Assembly (NCBI GenBank): GCA_002104945.1
Contig: MCFH01000038.1
Span: 248,001-312,000, forward strand
DNA length: 64,000 nt
Source: Piromyces finnis finn
Taxonomy: Eukaryota > Fungi > Neocallimastigomycota
Direction of reading: 5' to 3'
The notes below the pieces were generated by a model. That model was not told the origin of the DNA and searched no databases. It saw only the letters and a list, made by a program, of their open reading frames with translations. The position numbers and the translations under genes were made by a program. This document shows, piece by piece, positions 26,758 through 44,640 of the stretch. Each line of letters opens with the position of its first letter. The first letter of the stretch is position 1.

Positions 26758-26758
<1 letters not shown>
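25279..26758 (+). CDS. Sphingomyelinase-like exo/endo/phosphatase (EEP) family phosphodiesterase
   Basis: Exons 25279-25781, 25896-25922 and 26080-26758 splice in frame (KKMYYFKNGCHSDAYSEKGVLF). EEP motifs ILTYNIF, VIAFQECF, DGGLCLLSRFP, TSHTQA, CGDLNV, LDYFF, SDHYG. An additional 5' exon cannot be excluded. Confidence 0.85.
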
Positions 26759-26789
<31 letters not shown>

Positions 26790-27040
26790 ATAGAAAAATC
26801 ACTCAATAACTCAATAATTTATTTATTCATCTTTTTATTATCCTAGATAAATATCTATAATAATAATAATGTAAATATAAAGAAATAAATGATAATTTAA
26901 AAATAATAACAAAAATTATGATAACATCTTATTTTAATCTGTCTTTTATAATATAAACTATCGTTTTTTTAAATATATATAATTAGAATATTGTTATATA
27001 TTTTTTAATATTTAATATTTAAAATATGTATATTTATAAC

Positions 27041-27072
<32 letters not shown>

Positions 27073-27248
27073 GGAAAATTTATATAATATTTATTATATT
27101 TATTTTATATTTATTTCTTTATATGAAAATTTATAATATTATAATATTATTTTATTAGATAAAAAATAAATTAGCGATTACTCTTTGTTGTTTTTTTTTA
27201 TTATTATTTTTTTAATAGTTTATATATAATGTTGTAACACACTTTTAT

Positions 27249-33546
<6,298 letters not shown>

Positions 33547-36500
33547 TTTGAATAACTACTATTTTTATTCTACCATATATAAAAAAAAAGTATAATTGTT
33601 TTTTTTTTCTTCTACTACTTTAAAAAAAAATTATTTCTATTATTATTTTCTATAATATAATAATAAATATTTTTTGTTTTTTGTTTATTATTTATGTTTA
33701 GAAAAGTATTTAAAATAGGCTTATTAACAATAAGTTATTGTTATGAACCATTTATAAAAAATTTTTTACTATATAGTTTTTTAATTGTATAGTATGTAAG
33801 AAAAAAAAAATAATAAATGATAAATGTTTGTTATAACTGTTTAATTATTTATTTTAATAAAAGTCTTTTTTTTTTTTTTTTTTTTTTCAAAAAGGATTAT
33901 TGAACTTTATTTATATATATATATATATAATTATATATCTATAAAAGAAAAATAGACTAAAATTTCTTAAGCTTGGTAAAAAAAAAAAGTCCTCTTTTTT
34001 TTATTATTATTAAAAGTTTTCGATATGTAATAATCGATGATAATTTTTAATTTCTGATATTCTTTATTAGAAACCAAAAAATTATTATTTAAATTTATAA
34101 TTATAATAATAAATAATAATATTATCTTTTATTAATATCTTATAAAATAAAATATTAATATAATAATATTAATGGTAATTGTAATTTTATTTTACACATT
34201 TTACTATTATCATTCTTTAATATAAAAAAAAATAAACTTTTATTAATATTATTTAGTATACTTTTTCTTTTTAATCTTAAATTTTATACATTTTCATCTT
34301 TTTAGTCTAATATAAAAATTTTAAAAATTGATTAAAAATAGAAATGGCATTAAAGATTATTAAGCATTAAAGTTTGGTAGGGTATTTATGTAATTTTGGC
34401 TAATAAATAGAATAAAAACTTTTTTATGTATTATATATTAAATTCAATAATAAAAAAAGTTTGAAGCTATAAAAAACTTTATTTTCTTTTTTTGCTAAAT
34501 TTGAAATTTAATAGTAAATAAAAATTTGAATTATGGAATAAAATTCTATTTTTGTAATGTATAAAAAAAAGTTTATAATTTATATTATCATCAGCATCAT
34601 ACTAATTAATTTATAATATCAACTATCTTCCACACAAAAATGAAACTGTTTACATTTTTTTTTTAAAAAAAAAAAAGGAAATGTAACTATTTTCAATTAA
34701 GAAAAATCAATTTACTATTGATTTAAATTAATCCAAGAAAATACGATATATATATTTCATTAACGTTTTTAAACTCTATTCAAAAGTATTGTTTATTAAT
34801 AGGGTTTAAATTTTTTTCTTTTTTTTTTTTTTATAAAACTTTTTTATTAAATTTTGTAGTTTTTTTTTTCTTTTTTTTTTTTTTTTTTTTTGAAATAATA
34901 ATAAATAGTATTTTTATGTACTTTTATTTATTAGTTATTGTTCTAAATAAGTTGAAAAGATTTATAAAATATTTAAATCTATTTTATAATACACAAACAT
35001 TGACATCCTTTTTTTTAAGTCTCTTTATTGAATTAAATAAATTTATATAAACTTTTTTTTTTTTTGTTATTACTACTATTATTTATATATTTATTTTTTA
35101 AAATATATTTTTTTTCTAATCCGTTATAAGTATATCTTCAATGAAATAAACTTTTATGAATTATTTAACCCAAATAATAAAATAAAAGAATAATATAATT
35201 AAAATATTAATTTTAATATAGAAAAAGGAATAAAAAACATTTATTTTTTAGCAATTTATTTTAAATAATATTAACATTTTTTATACAATAGCAAAAAAAA
35301 TAATGGTATCTTAATAATAGAAACTTTTTTATTTTTTTAAATAGTTAAATAATACTATGTATTTAATAGACGTTTAAAAAAAACATAACCTTTTCTATTT
35401 TGTATAATGGACATATGGGTTAAAAAAATTTTAAAGTTTTTTTTTACAATAAATAAAAAAAATTAAAGGTTAGGTAAACCGAAAATTTATTAATTTGTAA
35501 TGCATTATAACCAAAGATATATAATATGATTTTCTCTTTAATTTGAAATAAACATAATACATATAATGCATATATACAATATATAAAATAAAAAAAAATA
35601 ATGAATTGTTATATAATTTAACTATTTCATCTTTGATGTAATTCAAAGTATATATTTTTTATATTTTCCTTTATAAATGTATCATCCATTAATATATTAA
35701 ATATATTTAATATTTAATCCAATTATATTAAAACTATATGTAAAAAAAAAAAAGTAAACTTTCATGATAAAGATGTTATATTTATGTAATAATAATAGTA
35801 TGTATTATGGTTTTAAATTTGAATTTTATAAATAACTTTATATATTCTCAATTATTTTCTGTATTTAAATGAATAAACAAAATAGTATAAAAAAAAAATT
35901 CTTTAGGAAAAGTTTGTCATTTGATTGGATAGCTACCCATTAAAAGATAAATCTTTTTATTATTAAATCTAAATAAAGGATCAACAAGATACCTACAAAT
36001 GCAATCAAACGATTCCTTTTAGTTGAACCGTTTATTTATTTAAATTTAAATATTTATAAAAATAAATAATGTGGCAAGAAAAGCATACTATTAATTGATT
36101 GTAGGAATATCATGCCTTTTGTTTTCATAGCAAGTTATTATAGTTGGTTTGATTAATTCATCCTAAAAATCATCACTTTTTTTATTATTATTATTTTAAA
36201 TAAAATCAGTAGGATTTAAATTTTAATTCTTCAAGTAATTTATCCTTGAAATATATTATTTGAAAAATATCATTATCTTTAATAATTAAATACTAGAAAA
36301 AAAAAAAAAAAGTCTTTTTTTAACATTTCTACTGTTGTATATTTGAAACAAAATTTTAATAAATTTGGATAATTAGTGGAATTTTATATTAAATCTTTTT
36401 AATGCCATTTCACTTAGTAATGTATCATGAAAAAAGTATAGAATATAAGATAGATTCTGTTTTTATTTTAAAATAAACATTATATACATTTTCACTTTTC

Positions 36501-39500
36501 ATTGTATGTAATATCGAGAATAAAAATAATAAAAGGTGAATTCATGTCATAATACTTAATAGGGTAGCTAAAAAAATTTTTAAAATAATTTAAATCAATT
36601 CTAACCCTTTAACTCTAAATTATATATATATATTTAAAAAAAGCGCTAAGTCATCTATTGATGAATGTTTATATTTCTATATAATTTTTAAATATATTTC
36701 TGTATATTGTAATAAAAGGTGAGTATCTTTTATCTATTTTATGTTTTATGATAGTTTTTTTTTCCTTTTTTTTTTACATTAATGGATAAATATTTAAGTT
36801 TTTAAACTTTTTCAAACTCATTATCTTATTTAACTTTCTTTGTGTGACCTATCTTTTTTTAAATCTTATCATCCACATTATGTATACAATATGTAATTGT
36901 GAATTTTGTTTTTTTATCAAATACTAAATATTTCATTCATTTGCTTTTTATATAAGCGATATCTGTATTACTACTAATAAAATAGTACCAATAAACTGCT
37001 ATTTTTATAATAAATTAATCCCTTAATTAAAAAAAAGTTTAACATTTCTATTAATGATTCATTTAATAATGTAATAAAACATGTAATAAAATTAAAATTT
37101 TTGTGTAATGTAAAAAATCCACGTTTAATATAAAGAATAAGGAAAATGAATTTTTTTTTTTTTTTAAAATAAAAGAGTAATACTTTTAAAAATAATTTAA
37201 ATAAATTCCAGTCTTTAGAGTTTAATCCCTTTTCACTTAAAAGTACAATTTACTTGAATGCTTAATGCTTTTATCAAATACTAAAGCTTTCCTTTTTTTT
37301 TTTTTTTTTTTTACTTTACTTGTGATTTTAAACTTTTGATAAATATAAAGGATTAAAAGTTTTTTAATTTACTATATAAGGATAATAAGATAAGTTTAAA
37401 AAATAAAACACAGTTATTTTTAAAAGTATAATGGTAAAGATAGAAAAATGTTTCTTTTTTCTATTCTCATACATAGGTTCACTTGTAAACTTCGAAAAAT
37501 GTAAATGTAAAATGTAAATTACGTTAATAAAAAGACTCTTTTATTAATTAAAAAAACTTATCAAATTTTCTGTATATTTGATAAAGTTGATGTTTCCTTG
37601 GTATAATAAAGTTACACATTTGTCGATTAACTCTATTAAAGTTAATGAAATTGCGATATAACTATTAGAGTAGCAGCACTTAACCGACATTTATTATCAT
37701 TTAAGTTTTTATTATTTTATATATATTTTACATTATAAAGTTTAATTTGATTATATACACATATACTTATATATATACATTAATAGATACATATTTAATG
37801 CATTAAGTATTCTTTTTTTACAACTTTAAAATAGCATTATCATTATCTTTTTAGTATTATCATTTTTTATATTCATTAAAGTTTTAAAATTAATTATTTA
37901 GTGTAATCGTAAGAATGAAAGTTCTCTCCTCCTCCTCCTTCATTAAAAAATGATAAATAATAATTTTCAAATTTTCCATTTTTATATATTTTTTTTTTTT
38001 AATTAAATTATATTATCATTTTTATAAATTCTATTCTTATATTTTTATTAATAATGAATTCATTTGAATATAAAAAAAGAAGTCTTTTTTTTTTTTAATA
38101 ATTTTTATCTTAAAAGTTTTTTTAAAATTTAACATTATCAAAATTCATTTTTATATTAAACTTTTAAAGTTTATTATTTTTTAAAAAAAAGATAAATTGT
38201 TATATATATTAAAATATATTCGTTTATATTACCTAATAGATTTAAATTTTTATCAATTTAAAAAAAAGTTACGATAAAATTTAAAATTATCAGTTACATT
38301 TTATCAATGTACATTATATTAACATTAGCCACAAGTAATTTAATTTATATTATGAAAAATGTTAAATAATATGTACATTTTATATTTTATAGTATCAAAA
38401 AAAAAAAAAAAGATAAAAAACTCTTAAAATAACAATGTTAGGTATATTCAACAATTCTTTTTTTTTTTATCAAAATATAATAGTATTACTATTGCTTAGG
38501 ATTACTTACTATTGACATACTTTTTAAAAGGTTTTGAAAAACCAATAAATATACATATGTGGTATATATATAATATATATAATATATATTTATTTATGTA
38601 AAGTTTAAACCCTTTATAAATTTATTTTATATTTAAAAAAAGGAAAATTTTTACTATTCTTGTTATTCCTCTACCAAGAATTATTAATAATAATAAGGAA
38701 TAGATGTCCAACCACTACTACTACTACTACTACCACCACCACCACCACCAATAATAAATATTTTTTATACAACTATTAAATTAAAAAAAAAAAAAAAAAA
38801 CATTTTTATTAAAGTATTATATAGAATGGTATATTTTAATTCATAAAGGAATATATATTTTTAATATTTGTACTCTGTATTGTGATATGAGATAGGGAAT
38901 TTTTACGTTTAATAAAGGAAACAAATTATCCTAAAAAAAGCATTACTCATATATTTATTTTTTTAAACAAATAGTTTGACTTTCTTTTTAACCTTGTGTA
39001 TATAATTAAAATTATCCTTTTACCTATTAGTCATTCTTTATTCGAATTATCTATTTCAGTTTTTTTATAGGAAATAGAGACATAAAAAGTTAATTTCATA
39101 TATATTTTTTTCTGTTCATAATGTAGACTTTATAAAGTCATCAGCTTTTATAGTATCGTTAATATTCTATTTTATTTTAATTCTTGCGTGGTGGTAGATG
39201 GTTGTAGGGTGGTGGGTTATTTAGGCTATTATCTTTCTTTTTTTATATTTTTTTTATCAATTTAATAAATACATTATTCTATTACATTTTAAATACTTTA
39301 ATGTAATGTATTGAAATGATCCTATCATTAAGAATTAAAATTATCTTTGATACATTCCACCAAATTACAATTAATATAAATACATAGTGTAATATATTTT
39401 TTTTATATTTATAGCGTCATTTTATTTATCTTATTTATTATTATTATTTATATTTATATAATTTTATTATTAGAATTTTTATGCTTTTTTTTTAAATTAA

Positions 39501-40858
39501 CTTTTACTTTAAACTATAAATATACACCAATATATAGTATAATATATAAAATAATATTTTATATTAGAGTTTAATAAATGTTTAAAATTATTTATAATAT
39601 ATACTAAATTTATTGTATTTTTTTTGATAAAAATTTATTATAATATATTAGATAATCAATTTTAATATATAATAATATATATAAATAATATATTTGATGT
39701 GCCATTCTTCATATTGGTATTATCCATTTTTCATTAGAAAAAAAAAGATAATTAATATATAATAATATATATAATGTATATATTATCAATGAATTGAATA
39801 GTATTAATAATATTATCCATAATTTAAATAATAGAAGAGAATCCTTATATCAAAAAAAAAAAAAAAAAAAAACCTGCCTTGTAATCATGTAAAGTGCTAG
39901 TTGCTTAGCTTAATACTTCCCAAAGTTGACATCGTCAAAAGCATGAAACTATACCAATTCTCATTGTGGAGAAAAATGGTTCGCGTGTTTCTATTGATAT
40001 AATGATGGTTTACTTTTCTTATTGGATTTATTTATTATTTATTATGGAGAAGGTGTGTGCATTTTCCCTTTTTTTTTTTTTTTTTTTAAAAAAAGGAATA
40101 TCTTTTTATTCTTTAATAAATGGAATTATTTGTAAAGACTAATCTTATTATAATGTTCTTCCTTTGTCCTTTTTTTTTTTGTTGAAAAGGTTTTTAATTT
40201 TTTCTTTTTTAAAAAAAAAGTTGTTTATGATAAACTAGGGTGAATGACAATTTGATAAGTTGTATTAATCATAAAAACCTTTAAAGGAATCTATCAAAAG
40301 GCCTTATTACAAATGATGATGATTATGCCATTGAATTGTTTTTAAATATTAATAGTACATTCTGGTACATATCAACAATTTAATTAATATTTTTATCAAG
40401 GTTTTAGTTATCTTTTTTTTTTATGGAGAATAGTTAATAATATTAATAAAATAATAAAATAATAATAATAATTTTTTTTATTTAATAATAATTGGAATAA
40501 ATTTCTAATCAAATTTTTATTTAAAAAAAATAGATAAAATTTTTTTAAAAAATCTAAAAACTATATAAAGACCTAAATTTTTTTTAATTTTTTTTTTTTT
40601 TTTTTAATTCATCATACAACAAACAATCAAAAAAAAAATAATATTTAAATATATATATATATAATTATTAATTATATATTTTATATTATAAAATAGAAAA
40701 AAAAAAACATCTCTTTTTTATTTGTTTTTATTTTATGTATATATTTTTTTAATAAAAAAAAAACAAATAAAGCAATTTTTATTTTAGTCCAATATTTTAT
40801 TTTATGAAAATAATATATTAAAAAAAATAAAAAAATTTTAGAATAAAAATATTTCAAA

Positions 40859-43504
40859 ATGGCTTCTGTCAGAAACAATTCCCTTTTAGCTATTACTAAC
40901 TACAATCAACGTAACATTGAACCACCAAAGCGTGCTAATGGTAAACCATTATACACCTCTGAATACTTTGGTCAAAATGTTTTCACTCTTAAGGAAATGG
41001 AAAGAACTCTTCCAAAGTCCATTTTCCAAAAGTTCATCCAACAACAAAAAGTATATATTATTATATTTATAATTTTATATTTTTATAAAAAAAAATAATA
41101 TACAAAAGCGATAGTAGAAAGAGAGTAAAAGTCAATATAAAATAAGAAATAGATTAGCGTATATAGAAAGAAAACCTATTTTTTTTAAAAAAAGAAAAAT
41201 AGTAAAAGAAGTATAATAGAAAAATAAAAACATAAAAGCTTTTAAGATAATAATAGTTTAGAATACCAGACTTTATTAACCTATACTTTGAAGTAATAGG
41301 TAAAAACAATTAATATGATAATTACTAACTTATATTAAATTATTATTTAATAAAACTAGGGTCGTGTCAGCTTAGATCGTGCTACTGCTGATGCTATTGC
41401 TCATGCTGCCAGAGTTTGGGCTATGGACAAGTAAACCATAATTGTATTTTGATATAAAATTATAATTCGAAATTTATTGTATTAATAAATAATTATTAAA
41501 TAATTAAATAGGGGTGCTACTCACTTCACTCACTGGTTCCAACCACAAACTGATTCTACTGCTGAAAAGCATGATGCTTTCCTTTCTTTAAAGACTTCTA
41601 TTACTAACGGTCATGAAACTATCACCGCTATTGATACTTTCTCTGGTTCCCAACTTCTCCAAGCTGAACCAGATGCTTCCTCATTCCCAAATGGTGGTAT
41701 GAGAACTACTTTTGAAGCTCGTGGTTACACTGTCTGGGATACTACTTCTCCAATGTTCATCCAAGAAGGTCCACACAGCACTGCTGTTCTTTACATTCCA
41801 TGTGTCTTCATTTCTTACAATGGTGAAGCTCTTGATGAAAAGACTGCTCTCTTACGTTCTAACGAAGCTATTTCTCATGCTGCTGTTAGATTATTACACC
41901 TTATTGGTAACACTGATACTAAGCGTGTTATCACTACTCTTGGTGTTGAACAAGAATTCTTCCTTGTTGACCGTGGTCTCTGTACCTTACGTCCAGATCT
42001 TAAGATTTGTGGTCGTACTTTAGTTGGTTCAGTCCCACCAAAGCACCAACAATTAGAAGACCACTACTTCGGTAAGATGCCAAGTCGTGTTCTTGCTACT
42101 ATTAGTGAAACTGAAATTGAATTATTCAAGCTCGGTGTTCCAATGAAGACTCGTCACAACGAAGTTGCTCCAGGTCAATTTGAAATGGCTCCAATCTTTG
42201 AAGAATCTTCTCTTGCTGTTGACCACAACCTCTTAACTATGGAAGTTCTTCACCGTGTTGCTCACCGTCACAAGTTAAAGGTTCTTTACCACGAAAAGCC
42301 ATTCAAGGGTGTTAACGGTTCTGGTAAGCACTGTAACTGGTCTCTTTCTACTGATACTGGTGAAAACATTCTTGACCCATCTGTCAAGCCAGAAACCAAC
42401 CCACGTTTCCTTCTCTTCTTTATTGCTACTATCTACGCTGTTTACAGACACGGTGCTCTTCTTCGTGCTGCTATTGCTACCTCTAGTAACGAACACCGTC
42501 TTGGTGCCAATGAAGCTCCACCAGGTATCATCTCCGTTTTCCTTGGTGACCAACTTAACGAAGTCTTAAACGCTGTTGAAGAACAACGTGAAATCAAGAA
42601 CTTCTCTCAACACCAAATTCAATCTGTTAAGGTTGGTGGAACTATTCTTGATCTTAAGATTGCTACTCTTCCACCAATTTCTCGTGATCTTACCGATCGT
42701 AACCGTACTTCTCCATTTGCTTTCACTGGTAACAAGTTCGAATTCCGTGCTGTTGGTTCTAAGCAATCTCCATCCTTCCCAGTTACTTTACTTAACGTTG
42801 CCGTCTGTGCCGCTCTTAACGAAATCTCTAATGAATTAGAAAAGATTAAGGGTGAAAAGACCTTCGCTTCTCTTGAAGATGTTCTTACAGTTGTTCGTAT
42901 CTTCATCAAGAAGAGTAAGGCTATTCGTTTCGAAGGTGATAACTACTCTCAAGAATGGGTTGAAGAAGCTGCTAGACGTGGTATTCCAAACATCACTTCT
43001 TGCCCAGAAGCCTTCAAGATGTTACTTGACCCAGTTCACCAAAAGATTCTTACTGAAACCGTTCCAATCTTCACTATTCCAGAAGTTCAATCTCGTTACC
43101 ACATTCTTAACGAAAAGTACGTTAAGGACTTATTAATTGAAGGTAACACCTTAAAGGGATTAATTTCTCAATACATTATCCCATCTGCCTTTGAATACAG
43201 AAGAGAAATTGCTGAATCTCTTGTTTCTCTTAACTCTATCGGTATTGACATTTCTGCTTCTCCAGAAAAGGCTGTTCTTGTTAAGATTGGTGACCTTACC
43301 AATAAGATTACTCAACTTAAGGGTGAACTTGAAAAGGCCATTGCTGAAGTTTCCAGCACTCAAGATATTGTTTTAGCTGCTGAAAAGGCTCACCACGAAA
43401 TCTTAAAGGTTATGGATGACATTAGAACTAACGTTGATGTCTTAGAACAAATTGTTGCTGACAAGTACTGGAGTCTTCCAAAGTACAGCGAACTTTTATT
43501 CTAA
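40859..43504 (+). CDS. glnN: Glutamine synthetase type III
   Basis: Exons 40859-41050, 41360-41430 and 41512-43504 splice in frame. GSIII motifs EYFGQNVF, GATHFTHWFQP, EPDASSFPNGG, FEARGYTVWD, LGVEQEFFL, HNEVAPGQFE, KPFKGVNGSGKHCNWS, DRNRTSPFAFTGNKFEFRAVG. Strong codon bias suggests high expression. Confidence 0.95.
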
Positions 43505-44212
43505 ATGTAAATTTTTTTATTTCTCATTAAAATGATCATGCTTTTTTTGCTCTATAAAAAGACAAAATCATAAACGAAAAAAATCTTGAAAATTATATTT
43601 TTCTTATCTAATACACACCTATTTATTATAAAATCCCTATATAAACAATATAAATTATCAAAGTTAAACATACAAAACAAAAGAAAAAAAAAAAGAGATG
43701 AATTTTCAAACTATATATATATCAAACAAAATCCGAAGTTTATTATTCATAAATCTCAAAACTTTTTTTAAACACAAAGACAAAAGAAAAATAGCTTTTT
43801 CCTATTAAAGAAAGAGGTTATTTTTATAATTAGAATTTTCATATATTTTATTTTTTTTTTTTAAATATCATAATAAATTAATATTAAGAAGAATAAATTA
43901 TCCTAATTAAAATACATTTGTAAACATACCATTTTTTTTTAAAACTAATAGTTTAAAAAAAAAAGATCTCTTAAAGAAAAAATAAAATAAAAATAAATCA
44001 TTAATATTAATTAAAAAAAAAAAAATAAAGAAAAGATTATTTATTTTTAGTGTTTTTATATATATATAATATATTTCAGTTTTGAAGTAGGGTAAAATTT
44101 AAAACTTTTTTCTAGGTAATAGTTTGGTTATAAATATTTCGAAAGTAAAAATGTGTTTTTTTATTTTTTTTTCTTTTTGTAAAAGAGATAGTATTTAGTT
44201 TATGGGATGCTA

Positions 44213-44640
44213 CCCTCTTGGGAACGTGCCTTCATTTATTTAATAAATGTAGTTTCTCAAGGGGGGTCTACTCATGCTCATTCCCTCTTGGGAACGTGCC
44301 TTCATTTATTTAATAAATGTAGTTTCTCAAGGGGGTCTACTCATGCTCCCTCTTGGGAACGTGCCTTCATTTATTTAATAAATGTAGTTTCTCAAGGGGG
44401 TCTACTCATGCTCATGGTACTGAGAGAGTAGAAAGAATTAAATCCAAGTATTGCGCAATGGATGCTTGGTGCCCTCTTAGGAATGTGCCTTCATTTATTT
44501 AATAAATGTAATTTCTCAAGGGGGTCTACTCATGCTCATGGTACTGAGAGAGTAGAAAGAATTAAATCCAAGCATTGCGCAATGGATGCTTGGTTAGTCT
44601 TTAAGGGAAAATTATTAAGACTAAGCTCATGGTACTGAGC
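44213..44640 (+). repeat. Tandem hairpin modules (A-A-A-B-A-B-C) at the 5' end of the LINE array
   Basis: ~66-70-nt module A (ccctcttgggaacgtgccttcatttatttaataaatgtagtttctcaagggggtctactcatgctc) starts at 44213, 44283, 44348 and 44472. Module B (atggtactgagagagtagaaagaattaaatccaag(t/c)attgcgcaatggatgcttgg) occurs twice. The same modules recur at 50033-50342. Confidence 0.95.

Noticed and set aside
41712-43376. Multiple short overlapping ORFs within GSIII
   Set aside because: By-products of strong codon bias in a highly expressed gene.
44213-44640. CRISPR-like array
   Set aside because: The repeats are directly adjacent or separated by identical B modules; there are no unique spacers and no cas genes; they form the LINE leader.
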